A DNA stretch of 60,656 nucleotides, filler included. It is 7 parts of 7 records of this genome, joined end to end, with 100 filler letters (N's around TTAATTAATTAA, not from the genome) between each part and the next. Parts side by side here need not be neighbours in the genome. Positions count along the whole stretch, not along the records: positions 1 to 7,453 come from SRR31156797_29121; positions 7,554 to 20,221 come from SRR31156797_29122; 5 more parts are not named here. One strand, written 5' to 3'. The notes beneath the pieces are model-generated. The model ran no database searches. It was not told the origin of the DNA and saw only the letters and a program-made list of their open reading frames with translations. The position numbers were made by a program, and so were the translations under genes. Below are positions 1 to 9,656 of this stretch, one piece after another (position 1 is the first letter of the stretch; the number at the start of each line of letters is the position of its first letter).

Positions 1-247
1 CCTGGGAGTCCTGGGAAGCGTCGTCGGCATTGCCTTGATGATCCGGTTCCAGAAGGAACTCACTCCTACCAAGGCTGTTATCATGTACTCCCTGGAGCCC
101 CTGTTCTCCGTACTGATCGCCATGATATTCCTGGGGGAACGGCTTACCGGAGCCGAATGGGCCGGCTGCGGCCTTATTCTGGCCGGTGTAATGGTATCGG
201 AACTGGAATTCAGCCCGTCCTCTCCCGCTCCCGCCGAAAAAAAATAG
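1..247 (+). CDS. EamA/DMT family transporter, C-terminal fragment (5' truncated)
   Basis: Hydrophobic ORF open from the window start, with the typical EamA C-terminal pattern 'SLEPLFSVLIAMIFLGERLT...GCGLILAGV'. Confidence 0.85.
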   Translation, partial: LGVLGSVVGIALMIRFQKELTPTKAVIMYSLEPLFSVLIAMIFLGERLTGAEWAGCGLILAGVMVSELEFSPSSPAPAEKK

Positions 248-330
248 GAAAACCCTCCGAAAACTGGATTTCCGTCTCCGGTTTCTTTATATTGATATAT
301 AAGAATTATCTAATACAATGGAGGTTTGAT

Positions 331-858
331 ATGACTAAACAGAGGATACTCGTAATACTCCTGCTCCTGATGACTTCAGCCGTCTTCTCCCAGGCCGCTG
401 CGGAAAGTTATCCCCCCGAGGGCTGGGTGACCGATATAAAAGAAGCCCAGAGAATCGCCGAAGAGGAGGATAAACTCATCCTCCTGAATTTTACAGGCTC
501 TGACTGGTGCAGCTGGTGCATCAAACTGAGGAATGAAATCTTTACCAAAGAGGATTTCAAAGAGTATGCCGATGAGAATCTCGTTCTCCTCTTTCTCGAT
601 TTTCCAGCCAACATCAGCCTCTCGGAGGATCAGCAGCTGCACAACGGGGCACTGGGTCAGGTTCTGGGAGTGCAGGGTTATCCGACGATTATCGTTCTGG
701 AATCGGATTTAACACCTCGTCTGAAAACCGGCTACACCGGGGCCTCGGCAGCGGATTACGCCGAACATCTGGGCCGGGATACCAATATCACCGCCGAAAG
801 CGCAGCGGCCGTGGGTGCGGAATTGAACAGAATCCTTCCGCTTCTGCCGCAGCTCTAG
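331..858 (+). CDS. Exported thioredoxin-family protein (DsbH/Thioredoxin_7-like)
   Basis: GGAGG RBS before ATG at 331, signal peptide, 'FTGSDWCSWC' CxxC motif and cis-Pro 'GYPT'. Confidence 0.85.
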   Translation: MTKQRILVILLLLMTSAVFSQAAAESYPPEGWVTDIKEAQRIAEEEDKLILLNFTGSDWCSWCIKLRNEIFTKEDFKEYADENLVLLFLDFPANISLSEDQQLHNGALGQVLGVQGYPTIIVLESDLTPRLKTGYTGASAADYAEHLGRDTNITAESAAAVGAELNRILPLLPQL

Positions 859-869
859 AAAGGCGGAAC

Positions 870-917
870 GCCGGGAACAACCGTCTGAGAGACAGGACTC
901 AATTCCCGGCTTTTTTT
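870..917 (+). terminator. Probable intrinsic terminator between convergent genes
   Basis: GCCGGGAA...TTCCCGGC stem with an internal hairpin, followed by T7. Confidence 0.55.
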
Positions 918-1770
918 ACTCAACGAATTCCGCAATCAGTTCCGCCGCCATCCCGGCGGAGGTTTCGTTCAGATGGAGCTGGTCGGGCATTAAAAGAAGA
1001 CCATTCTCTTCTGTAATTTTATTGTAGCTCCTGCCCAGGAGATAGTGAGAAACAACGGCCTTTGCCGTCAAATCCATAAAACCGTCATCCCAGGAGAGTT
1101 CCGGCATGCTGCCCTTCTCTTCCAGATACTTCACCATCCTTTCGTTAAGGGGCAGGTAGGAAAAACCATATCGGTCACAGGTCTCCCTGATAAACAGACT
1201 GTATCCGGCGGCATGCCGGAAGGCTTCGTGATCAAGCCTCTCACCCAGAGGGGGGATCGAAAGCAGGGCGATTTGGGCCCCGGATTTCTCAGACAGCAGG
1301 TCACAGATTAGATTCAGGTTCTCCCTGTACCAGTCGTCATCCGGCATCTGCGGCAGGCCCTGCTCTTTTAAGGATTTCTCACCGTCCTCGGCTCTAAGGC
1401 TGCCTTTGGCATCATTGCTGCCGATGAGGATCGTTATATAATCGGGCTCACAGGCAATAATCTCTTCTATACGCTGGAGGATATTCCAGGCCAGCTGACC
1501 GTTTATACCGGCATTAACCATCCGGTATCCGGCCCCCAGCTGCTCCCCGACCATCCGGACATAGTCGGCGCTGACCCGGCCGTGGGTGATACTGTCCCCG
1601 ACACAGACCACTGTTTTCCCCGGGGGAAGAGAGTCCTTGTTCGCCAGGAACCAGGCGGGATTGTTTTCAGGAAGCTGCTTCGCCTTTTTTGCAGCATTCA
1701 ACAGCAGAAGGCCGCAGACCAAACAGAGAGCCAACAGAAGAATCAATACGGATACGATCACTTTTTTCAT
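916..1770 (-). CDS. SGNH/GDSL hydrolase (lipase/esterase), membrane-anchored
   Basis: Blocks GDSIT, NAGING, GSND and DQLH; N-terminal TM helix; GGGAGGAG RBS. Confidence 0.9.
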   Translation of the reverse strand: MKKVIVSVLILLLALCLVCGLLLLNAAKKAKQLPENNPAWFLANKDSLPPGKTVVCVGDSITHGRVSADYVRMVGEQLGAGYRMVNAGINGQLAWNILQRIEEIIACEPDYITILIGSNDAKGSLRAEDGEKSLKEQGLPQMPDDDWYRENLNLICDLLSEKSGAQIALLSIPPLGERLDHEAFRHAAGYSLFIRETCDRYGFSYLPLNERMVKYLEEKGSMPELSWDDGFMDLTAKAVVSHYLLGRSYNKITEENGLLLMPDQLHLNETSAGMAAELIAEFVE

Positions 1771-1822
1771 CACTCCTCCCGGGAAACCATTATACATGGT
1801 TAAGGTCCGGTAGAAAAAGCAT

Positions 1823-1855
1823 AAAAAAGAGGCTGATCGATTTCCGATCAGCCTC
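1823..1855 (-). terminator. Rho-independent terminator of the opp operon
   Basis: 11-bp stem GAGGCTGATCG/CGATCAGCCTC followed by a T-tract on the minus strand. Confidence 0.8.
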
Positions 1856-1885
1856 CTGTATTCTCAACAAAACCTTGTATAAATC

Positions 1886-2899
1886 CTACTTTACATGCAG
1901 GAAACAGGCCACCTGGTGGTCACCACCCATGTCGGTCAGCTGAGGCAGCGTTTCCCGGCACCGGGGCATTACTTTGGGACAGCGATCGGCAAAAGAACAG
2001 CCGGGTCTCTGGATATCCGGTGAGGGAACATCCCCTTTTAGAATAATCCGTTTCCGGTTCTTCTCAACCTCGGGGTCGGGAATGGGAACGGCGGAAAGCA
2101 GCGCTTCGGTGTAGGGATGGAGAGGGTTCTTGTAAAGCTCACTGGCCTTGGAAATCTCTACGATCTTGCCCAGGTACATAACGGCGATTCGGTCGGAGAT
2201 ATGCTCGATGACCGCCAGGTCATGGGCAATAAAGAGATAGGAGAGGTTGAACTCTCCCTGGAGATCTTTGAGAAGATTGAGAATCTGCGACTGAATCGAT
2301 ACATCCAGAGCAGAAACCGGCTCATCGGCCAGAATCAATTTCGGCTTGAGAGCCAGAGCCCGGGCCACACCGATCCGCTGACGCTGACCTCCGGAGAATT
2401 CATGGGGATACCGGTTTCTGAAAAACTTGGATAATCCGACCTTTTCCATCAGCTCTTCAACTCTATCGGTGATGGCCGACTTATCCATATCCAGCATTCC
2501 GCGCTGTCGGTAGATCTGCATGGGTTCGGCGATAATATTTCCCGCCGTCATCCTGGGATTCAGGGAAGCATAGGGATCCTGAAAGATCATCTGCATATCC
2601 TGACGGGCATCCAGGAGTTCCGCCCCCTTTTTACCGGCAATATCCCGACCCTCGAAGAGAACCTCGCCGCCGGTAGGGGCATGAAGCTGGGCTATCGCCC
2701 TGGCAGTAGTTGATTTTCCACAGCCGGACTCACCCACCAGACCGAGAGTCTCTCCCTGGTAGAGTTGAAAATTCACACCGTCGACGGCGTAGACATTTCC
2801 TACGTGCTTCCTAAACAGTCCGCCGTAGATGGGGAAGTGCATCTGAAGGTTTTTTACCTCCAGTAAAGGCGTCTTTTCAGACTTCATATTATCTGCCAT
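1886..2899 (-). CDS. oppF: Oligopeptide ABC transporter ATP-binding protein
   Basis: Walker A GESGCGKS, FSGGQRQR signature, HPY motif, C-terminal Cys cluster. Confidence 0.93.
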   Translation of the reverse strand: MADNMKSEKTPLLEVKNLQMHFPIYGGLFRKHVGNVYAVDGVNFQLYQGETLGLVGESGCGKSTTARAIAQLHAPTGGEVLFEGRDIAGKKGAELLDARQDMQMIFQDPYASLNPRMTAGNIIAEPMQIYRQRGMLDMDKSAITDRVEELMEKVGLSKFFRNRYPHEFSGGQRQRIGVARALALKPKLILADEPVSALDVSIQSQILNLLKDLQGEFNLSYLFIAHDLAVIEHISDRIAVMYLGKIVEISKASELYKNPLHPYTEALLSAVPIPDPEVEKNRKRIILKGDVPSPDIQRPGCSFADRCPKVMPRCRETLPQLTDMGGDHQVACFLHVK

Positions 2900-3883
2900 C
2901 TATTTACCCTCCTTGAAAAGCCAGCACCGGACTTCCCGTTCATCACTTAAAGCGGTAACGGGGGGGTACTTTGATTTGCAGACATCCATCACCTTTCCAC
3001 AGCGGGGATAAAACGGGCAGCATTCGGGAAGATCAATAACATTGGGCGGCTGACCGTCAATTGAAAAAAGCCTCTCTTGTCCGGGCCTATCCAGCCGGGG
3101 AACGGAATTGATCAACCCCTGGGTATAGGGGTGCTTGGGATCTCCGAAGATCTCCACATTGGTCCCCTTCTCTACCAGCTGACCGGCGTACATGACGACA
3201 ACCCGGTCACACATACCGGCAACAACACCGAGGTCGTGGGTGATCATCATCACGGCCGTTCCCAGCCTCTTGGAAAGATCCTGAATCAACTCCAGGATCT
3301 GAGCCTGAATCGTCACATCCAGCGCCGAAGTCGGTTCATCCGCAATCAGGATCTCCGGGTCACAGCTTAAGGCCATGGCGATCATAACCCGCTGTCTCAT
3401 ACCACCGGAAAACTGATGAGGATAGTTGTTGATCTTTTCCGCAGGGTTGGGGATACCAACCAGATCGAGCATCTCGACGGCCCTGTCACGGGCGGCGGCT
3501 TTATCGACACCCTTGTGAAGAACGATGGTCTCGATCATCTGGGTGGCTATGCGCAGGAAAGGATTGAGGGAGGTCATAGGATCCTGGAATATCATCGATA
3601 TCTTATTGCCCCGGATCTTCCTCATCTCGGCTTCCGATTTCTTGAGGATATCCTCACCATCCATCATAGCCGTTCCCGCCATTATTTTTCCCGGAGGAGA
3701 GGGGATCAGCTTCATGATAGAGAGGTTGGTCACCGACTTGCCGGAGCCCGACTCACCGACGAGACCCAGGGTTTCGCCCTTTCTCAAATTATAGGAAACT
3801 CCGTTCACGGCCTTAACGACCCCGTCATCGGTATTGAAATAGGTCTTGAGACCTTTGACTTCTAAAATAATATCATTATTCAT
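2900..3883 (-). CDS. oppD: Oligopeptide ABC transporter ATP-binding protein
   Basis: GESGSGKS, FSGGMRQR, HPYT, C-terminal Cys cluster. Confidence 0.93.
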   Translation of the reverse strand: MNNDIILEVKGLKTYFNTDDGVVKAVNGVSYNLRKGETLGLVGESGSGKSVTNLSIMKLIPSPPGKIMAGTAMMDGEDILKKSEAEMRKIRGNKISMIFQDPMTSLNPFLRIATQMIETIVLHKGVDKAAARDRAVEMLDLVGIPNPAEKINNYPHQFSGGMRQRVMIAMALSCDPEILIADEPTSALDVTIQAQILELIQDLSKRLGTAVMMITHDLGVVAGMCDRVVVMYAGQLVEKGTNVEIFGDPKHPYTQGLINSVPRLDRPGQERLFSIDGQPPNVIDLPECCPFYPRCGKVMDVCKSKYPPVTALSDEREVRCWLFKEGK

Positions 3884-3894
3884 GTCTTCGCCCT

Positions 3895-4974
3895 CTACAT
3901 CTTATTCTTGCTCTGGGGATCAAGAGCGTCACGCAAACCGTCTCCGAAGAAGTTCATCGAAAACATGAAAAAACTCATGGCAACAGCCGGGAACCAGAGC
4001 AGCCAGGGATAGGTCACCATGGCGGTCACACCATCCTGAATCAGAACACCCCAGGATGTGAAGGGTGCCTGGACACCAAGTCCCAGATAGGAGAGGAACG
4101 CCTCCAGCATGATAAAGGAGGGAACTCTCAGGGTGGTGTAGATTACAATAACACCGGCAGTATTGGGAACCAGATGTTTGAAAACAATCCGCCAGACTCC
4201 GGCACCGGAGGCCTTGGCCGCTTCGACAAACTCCGAATTCTTGAGGGAGATAATCTGCCCCCGGACAACCCGGCAGACCGTCAGCCAGCTGACGATGGCC
4301 AGGGCCAGGAAGAGGTTCGAAATATTCTTCCCGAAGATCGCCATAAAGATAATCACCAGAAGCATATAGGGCAGGGAGTACATGATGTCGACAAACCGCA
4401 TCATAAAGGCGTCGAAGGTCCCTCCGATATACCCGGAAAGGGCCCCGAGAATAACACCGATAAAAACGGATGTAAGTGCACCCAGGAGACCGATGAGGAT
4501 GGAAACCTGTCCGCCGTAGATGATACGCGAGAGGAGGTCACGTCCCAGGGAGTCGGTACCCAGGCGATAAATCCGCTGATGCACAAGAACCTCTTCACCA
4601 GACAGGAGAACCTTGGTTTCGGTCTCAATCCGCTCTTTCAGTTCCGCAAGGATATCGATTTCAGCCTGTGTCAGCTCCCTGTTCTCCTTCTCGGCGATAC
4701 GGCTGGTAAGATCGGCCTTCTTCTCATACATGAGTTCACCCGCCATCTTGGAGGACGGGGGAAGGTACTGATGTTCAAGAACCTGTTGTTTGTAGGAGTA
4801 GATCGGCAGGATAGGAGCCGAGAGACTGATGACCGCGTAGAGTATGATCAGAATCATTCCCCCCATGGCCATCTTGTTCTTTTTCAGCCGTCTCCAGGCG
4901 TCCTGCCAGAGGCTGACACCCTTAACAGGCTGGTTCAGTTCGTTAAGTACGACTGTCTTTTCTTTCTTAGCCAT
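3895..4974 (-). CDS. oppC: Oligopeptide ABC transporter permease
   Basis: 'SLWQDAWRRLKKNK' OppC_N, 'LGTDSLGRD', EAA loop, terminal 'GDGLRDALDP'. Confidence 0.93.
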   Translation of the reverse strand: MAKKEKTVVLNELNQPVKGVSLWQDAWRRLKKNKMAMGGMILIILYAVISLSAPILPIYSYKQQVLEHQYLPPSSKMAGELMYEKKADLTSRIAEKENRELTQAEIDILAELKERIETETKVLLSGEEVLVHQRIYRLGTDSLGRDLLSRIIYGGQVSILIGLLGALTSVFIGVILGALSGYIGGTFDAFMMRFVDIMYSLPYMLLVIIFMAIFGKNISNLFLALAIVSWLTVCRVVRGQIISLKNSEFVEAAKASGAGVWRIVFKHLVPNTAGVIVIYTTLRVPSFIMLEAFLSYLGLGVQAPFTSWGVLIQDGVTAMVTYPWLLWFPAVAMSFFMFSMNFFGDGLRDALDPQSKNKM

Positions 4975-4984
4975 TCGTCTCCCC

Positions 4985-5911
4985 CTATTTATAGGAAATC
5001 CGCGGATCCAGGAATCCGTAGGCCAAATCCACGAGGAAGTTCATAACAACGAGGATAAGGGAGTAGACGATGACTGTACCCATAATCATGGTATAGTCCC
5101 TGTTGAAGGCCGACTGAACGAAGTGACGGCCCAGACCGGGAACCCGGAAGATGGACTCAACAACGATTGAACCGGTAACAATTCCCGAAAAAGCAGGACC
5201 GAGGTAGGAAACAACCGGAAGGGAAGCCCCTTTCAGAACATGCTTGAACATGATGACCGAAGTTTTCAGCCCCTTGGCCTTGGCAGTCCGGACATAATCG
5301 CTCCGGAGGGCTTCCAGAAAACTGGCCCGGCTCAAACGGGCAATGGTAGCGAAGTAGGCAAAAGAGAGGGCGACAACAGGCAGGATCAGGGCGACGGGCC
5401 CGTGCTCATCCAGCCAGCCGGCTACCGGCAGCACCTCAAGTTTCATGGCAAAGACCCACTGCATCACCGGGCCTATGACAAAGAGTGGAACGGATATCCC
5501 CAGAACGGCGACGGCCATCGACGTGTAATCCACCCAGGTATTTTGACGCAGGGCGGAAATCATCCCGGCACTCATCCCGGCGACCAGAGCCAGGAGCAGA
5601 GCCAGAGATCCAAGTCCCATGGACTTGGGAAGCCCCTTCCCGATGTAGTAATTTACATCGTAGTCCTTGTATTTGTAAGACGGCCCGAGATCTCCCCGGA
5701 CAACATCCCACAGGTACCGCCCGTACTGTTTGATAAGCGGTTCATCCATATGATATTTAGCCATAATATTGGCCATAATCTGTGGAGGAATTTTTTTCTC
5801 ACTGCTGAAAGGTCCACCGGGAGCCACACGAATCAGAAAGAAACACACGGTAATAATGATGAACATTGTGGGAATCAGCGCGAGAAATCTGCGGATAATA
5901 AATTTCGACAT
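4985..5911 (-). CDS. oppB: Oligopeptide ABC transporter permease
   Basis: 'APGGPF', 'GDLGPS', 'DYVRTAKAKGL', terminal 'LDPRI'. Confidence 0.93.
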   Translation of the reverse strand: MSKFIIRRFLALIPTMFIIITVCFFLIRVAPGGPFSSEKKIPPQIMANIMAKYHMDEPLIKQYGRYLWDVVRGDLGPSYKYKDYDVNYYIGKGLPKSMGLGSLALLLALVAGMSAGMISALRQNTWVDYTSMAVAVLGISVPLFVIGPVMQWVFAMKLEVLPVAGWLDEHGPVALILPVVALSFAYFATIARLSRASFLEALRSDYVRTAKAKGLKTSVIMFKHVLKGASLPVVSYLGPAFSGIVTGSIVVESIFRVPGLGRHFVQSAFNRDYTMIMGTVIVYSLILVVMNFLVDLAYGFLDPRISYK

Positions 5912-6283
5912 TCGAATCCCCTTTTAGATTGTAAAATCTAAAAATTAATTAAACTGATAAGTACCTGCTATTTTACTACCCTTTACCGGATCCCGCAAGA
6001 AAGGTTTCCTTCAGGCCGCCGCTCCGGGCAGTAGGACAGGCAAGGAAATATAAACCATATCTTCAACTAATGCAACGATTTATTTAACTTGCACCCATTC
6101 GGTAATAATGAAAATCACTCCACCCTTCGCCAAAAAACTCCAAGAGATCCACAATAAAAACGAAAGATCCTTAAAGAAAATCAAAGGAAAATACGGATGC
6201 AATGGAAAAACAGCAATTCACTTTTTCTCCAATTTCTCATCTCGCGGTTTGAATAATTGGAGAAAAAGGATTAATCTAAAAAC

Positions 6284-7069
6284 ATGACTCATAAACCAGG
6301 CCTGATATTCATGTTTCTTTTTCTTTTCATCGCTGCAGCTTTTGCAGAAACAATTGCAGAAATTCGATGTATTTTTACGGAAGGAGAGGTATTAATCGGA
6401 ACAAACGGCGATTGGAATCAGTTGGAGCCGGGTTACAGTACGAATTCCGAAGAATCCCTCCGGATTACGGGAGGCGGCATAGCCTCCTTCAATATGAACG
6501 GCCGTCACGTCACGGTCTCTTCTTCCGGCACCTACAACATAGGTGATATTGCAGGGGAAATCCCTCAACGGCAGAGAGTTTCGGCCCTCGACAGTTTTCT
6601 GATCAAATTGAAGGTAATCCTTAACGGACAGGAAGAGGTCAACCCGACCGAAGCCCTGGGACTAAGAGCCGCGGAAGTAGAAGATACTGGGTTTGAGTGG
6701 AACGATGTGGATGAAGAGGATTTCGAATACGCCCTGGAGCTGCTGGAATCCGACGATCCCGAAGAAGCCGGGTATATCCTCGAAGACCTGCTCCTCTTCG
6801 GCAATCCCTACCTGACCGATGAATACAGGTTCTATCTGGCTTACGCCCTCCTTCTGCAGAACCGTGCAGCCGAAGCCCTGGCCCAGCTGCACAGAATCGA
6901 GGATGCCATGGACTTCGATTTCTACGAGGGGTATCTCGTTCTTCTGGGCCGCTTGAGTTATGAGGGCCTGGATGATAAATCCTCCCGGGAAGCCTGGAAA
7001 ACCTATCTGGAAGAGTTTCCGGAAGGTCCCGCCGGAGAAGAGGCCCGTATCTATCTTCAGAAATTGTAG
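6284..7069 (+). CDS. Exported protein, FecR-like beta N-domain plus TPR-like C-terminus
   Basis: Signal peptide, 'FTEGEVLI...WNQLEPG' FecR-like start, helical acidic C-terminus ending in TPR-type 'YLEEFPEG'. Confidence 0.55.
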   Translation: MTHKPGLIFMFLFLFIAAAFAETIAEIRCIFTEGEVLIGTNGDWNQLEPGYSTNSEESLRITGGGIASFNMNGRHVTVSSSGTYNIGDIAGEIPQRQRVSALDSFLIKLKVILNGQEEVNPTEALGLRAAEVEDTGFEWNDVDEEDFEYALELLESDDPEEAGYILEDLLLFGNPYLTDEYRFYLAYALLLQNRAAEALAQLHRIEDAMDFDFYEGYLVLLGRLSYEGLDDKSSREAWKTYLEEFPEGPAGEEARIYLQKL

Positions 7070-7078
7070 ACGTTTCTT

Positions 7079-7453
7079 TTATATTTCCCGTCTCCGGGCG
7101 GAGGCGGGGTCTTCCAGTTCAAAATCAATAATAGCCAGAGCCTCCCCTTCACAGGCGGCGGAAAAAGAGTAGGTTCGACCGGTCCTTTCGGACCATCGGC
7201 CTGTCAGCCGGGTAGACTCGTGGGCATGGCCGTGGAGAGTGACCCGGGGCTCCCGCTCTTCAATCAGCCTTTTCACCGCATAACTGCCGATGTGGGGATC
7301 CAGAGGGACATAATCGATCATCCTGCCTTCCAGATCCGCCAGATCAAGATTCGTGCCGTAGGGTGGGACATGGAAGAGGAGAACGGCCTGCCCCAGATCC
7401 CCCCTCAATGCGCCCTCCAGATCCTTTTGAATCGTTTCATACTCCAGCCTCTC
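7079..7453 (-). CDS. Icc-like metallophosphoesterase, C-terminal part (truncated at contig end)
   Basis: 'FHVPPYGT', 'HIGSYAV' and 'LHGHAHES' motifs. Confidence 0.85.
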   Translation of the reverse strand, partial: ERLEYETIQKDLEGALRGDLGQAVLLFHVPPYGTNLDLADLEGRMIDYVPLDPHIGSYAVKRLIEEREPRVTLHGHAHESTRLTGRWSERTGRTYSFSAACEGEALAIIDFELEDPASARRREI

Positions 7454-7553
7454 NNNNNNNNNNNNNNNNNNNNNNNNNNNNNNNNNNNNNNNNNNNNTTA
7501 ATTAATTAANNNNNNNNNNNNNNNNNNNNNNNNNNNNNNNNNNNNNNNNNNNN
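7454..7553. other. Artificial contig spacer
   Basis: N44-TTAATTAATTAA-N44 (stops in all six frames); composition changes across it. Confidence 0.98.
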
Positions 7554-7554
7554 T

Positions 7555-7600
7555 GCTTCGACTTCGCTCAGCAACCATGCTACAACTCCGCTCAGCAACC
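7555..7600 (+). repeat. Bacteroidetes REP-like palindromic repeat (one full and one partial copy)
   Basis: GCTTCGACTTCGCTCAGCAACC followed by ACTCCGCTCAGCAACC; inverted relative at 8282-8301. Confidence 0.65.
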
Positions 7601-7653
7601 GACATTAAGATTAGTTAAGCTGTCTAATTAACAATCTTAATGATTTAATTATC

Positions 7654-7661
7654 TAACTTTG
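7654..7661 (+). promoter_or_regulatory. Bacteroidetes sigmaA -7 element
   Basis: TAACTTTG matches TAnnTTTG, 12 nt before the ATG at 7674. Confidence 0.6.
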
Positions 7662-7673
7662 CTAAAAAACAAT

Positions 7674-8255
7674 ATGCAACCCACACGCGAACAAGCTTTC
7701 GATTTACTCAAACAATACAACCAAACTCCTGGCCTTATAAAACATGCTTTGGCAGTTGAAGCTACCATGCGTCATTTTGCACGGCATTTTAATGAGGATG
7801 AAGAAAAATGGGGTATAATTGGACTTATCCACGATCTCGATTATGAAAAATATCCGGAGCAACATTGCACTATGACAAAAAAAATTCTGGAGGAAAATAA
7901 CTGGCCTGTTGATTATATCCGAGCAGTTCTAAGTCATGGCTGGCAAATTTGTACAGATATAAAACCTGAAACATTACTTGAAAGAACACTCTACACCATT
8001 GACGAATTAACCGGTTTAGTAACAACATCAGCATTGGTTCGTCCATCAAAAAGCATACTTGATATGAAAGCCAAATCGGTAAAGAAAAAATGGAATGACA
8101 AACGCTTTGCAGCAAAAATAGACCGTTCAATAATTGAAAAAGGTGCAGAAATGTTGGAAATGGAACTCAGCGAAATAATTTCCCTCACCATTGAAGGTAT
8201 GGCAAAAATTGCCGATGAACTTGAGCTGGATGGGCGCCTTGCCACTCAAAATTAA
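7674..8255 (+). CDS. HD-domain (HDIG) hydrolase
   Basis: 'KHALAVEA', 'GLIHDLDYE', 'AVLSHG', 'DELTGLV'. Confidence 0.9.
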   Translation: MQPTREQAFDLLKQYNQTPGLIKHALAVEATMRHFARHFNEDEEKWGIIGLIHDLDYEKYPEQHCTMTKKILEENNWPVDYIRAVLSHGWQICTDIKPETLLERTLYTIDELTGLVTTSALVRPSKSILDMKAKSVKKKWNDKRFAAKIDRSIIEKGAEMLEMELSEIISLTIEGMAKIADELELDGRLATQN

Positions 8256-8264
8256 CCTGCTTAA

Positions 8265-9002
8265 TTAAACGGAGTCGCGTTCACTGAGCGGAGTCGAAGT
8301 GACGAGACCGCGTATAACCACCGACGCACAAAAACAACCAAACACATTAGGCATATACGAAATTGTACCCACATTACTGGCTTTATTGGTGCTTTCTTCC
8401 AGCCGAATAGCATCCTTTTCTACTTCTTCAGGCGAGTAAACAGCCTTAACCCCTTTCTTAACACCTAATTTGTGTAATCTTTTGCGAACCATTCGGGCAA
8501 GCTGACAATGGTGCGTTTTACTAATATCTGCAATATTTACCTGAGTTGGATCCGTTTTTCCTCCGCTTCCCATACTGCTCACTATCGGAATATTCTTTTG
8601 AATCGAATGATAAATCAAATAAACCTTAGGCGCTAGTGTATCAATGGCATCAACTACAAAATCAAATCCTTCGTCTAATACATCTATCATTCTCTGGTCT
8701 CTCAGATATTCTGATAAAATGGTTAATTCTAGTTCCGGATTAATATCTTTTAATCTACTCCCAACCACCTCAGCTTTATACTTACCAATTGTAGAGCGCA
8801 TTGCCGGTAATTGACGGTTTATGTTTGTAACATCCACTACATCTGCATCCACAATAGTCATTTTGCAGACTCCAGCCCGCACTATTTGTTCAGCAGCAGA
8901 AGCTCCTACGCCACCTAATCCCACAACCAATACGTTGGATTTTTGTAGCTTCTGTATGTTTTCTTTTCCTAATAAAAGCTCAGTACGATCAGTCCAACTC
9001 AT
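8265..9002 (-). CDS. tcdA: tRNA threonylcarbamoyladenosine dehydratase (ThiF family)
   Basis: GLGGVG, 'TNINRQL', 'DAIDT', 'SSMGSGGK', 'GTISYMP'. Confidence 0.9.
   Translation of the reverse strand: MSWTDRTELLLGKENIQKLQKSNVLVVGLGGVGASAAEQIVRAGVCKMTIVDADVVDVTNINRQLPAMRSTIGKYKAEVVGSRLKDINPELELTILSEYLRDQRMIDVLDEGFDFVVDAIDTLAPKVYLIYHSIQKNIPIVSSMGSGGKTDPTQVNIADISKTHHCQLARMVRKRLHKLGVKKGVKAVYSPEEVEKDAIRLEESTNKASNVGTISYMPNVFGCFCASVVIRGLVTSTPLSERDSV
8282..8301 (-). repeat. REP-like repeat inside the 3' end of tcdA
   Basis: Minus strand CACTTCGACTCCGCTCAGTG is near-identical to the repeat at 7555. Confidence 0.6.
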
Positions 9003-9651
9003 CAATATTTTTCTTAAATACTTTCTTAAAATTTACAAAAACAGCTTCTTTTAACTCTTGTACTGTTATCAATTTTTGTTGTGCCAAAATTTGATAAAGC
9101 TTATCTATTGATACTTCTGATTCATCTGTCTCTAAAAATAAGCGATCTACAGGAATTATTCCTATCGATTGCTTCATTTTCTCAGTCATGTTTTCAAGTG
9201 CAAACCCAAATGAAAAATATGTATTATACTCCATCAATTGACTTGTTTGAATTTCATTACCATTATAGGCATGAAAAATATAAGTTAAGTCTGAAAACTG
9301 ATTTAAAAAAGGCAAAATATCACTAAGGGTTTTCACCTGATGAATAATAACCGGAAGATTCATTTCTCTGGCCAGTTCCAATTGTCTTTCAAATATTTCC
9401 TTTTGCTGATTTAAAGATGGCCCTTTTACTCTATCTAAACCACATTCTCCAATACCAATTAGATTATTTGGTTTTCTTTCTTTTAATTCTTTTAAAAAAA
9501 TGTCGTTTGTTTCGTCCTCTACATACCAGGGATGAATACCAGTAGTGAAAAATTGTTTGTCGGGAAAGCTTTTATTGATAAAATCATTAGCTTGAACACT
9601 CTGGACTGCCCGTGGCGATTCGCTGATGTGTGTATGTACATCAATAAACAT
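8989..9651 (-). CDS. tatD: TatD family hydrolase
   Basis: 'DVHTH', 'GIHPW', 'IGECGLD', 'LFLETD'. Confidence 0.9.
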   Translation of the reverse strand: MFIDVHTHISESPRAVQSVQANDFINKSFPDKQFFTTGIHPWYVEDETNDIFLKELKERKPNNLIGIGECGLDRVKGPSLNQQKEIFERQLELAREMNLPVIIHQVKTLSDILPFLNQFSDLTYIFHAYNGNEIQTSQLMEYNTYFSFGFALENMTEKMKQSIGIIPVDRLFLETDESEVSIDKLYQILAQQKLITVQELKEAVFVNFKKVFKKNIDELD

Positions 9652-9656
9652 CTCGT

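Noticed and set aside
157-330. N-terminal extension of the thioredoxin ORF
   Set aside because: Overlaps the EamA gene; the RBS and signal peptide place the start at 331.
2117-5941. Long plus-strand ORFs (e.g. 4174-5046, 5240-5941)
   Set aside because: Antisense shadows of oppBCDF in GC-rich DNA, with no motifs.
7498-7509. TTAATTAATTAA recurring six times, as a biological repeat or CRISPR
   Set aside because: Always centred in exactly 100-bp N-padded blocks; it is an assembly linker. ORFs running into X residues are artefacts of it.
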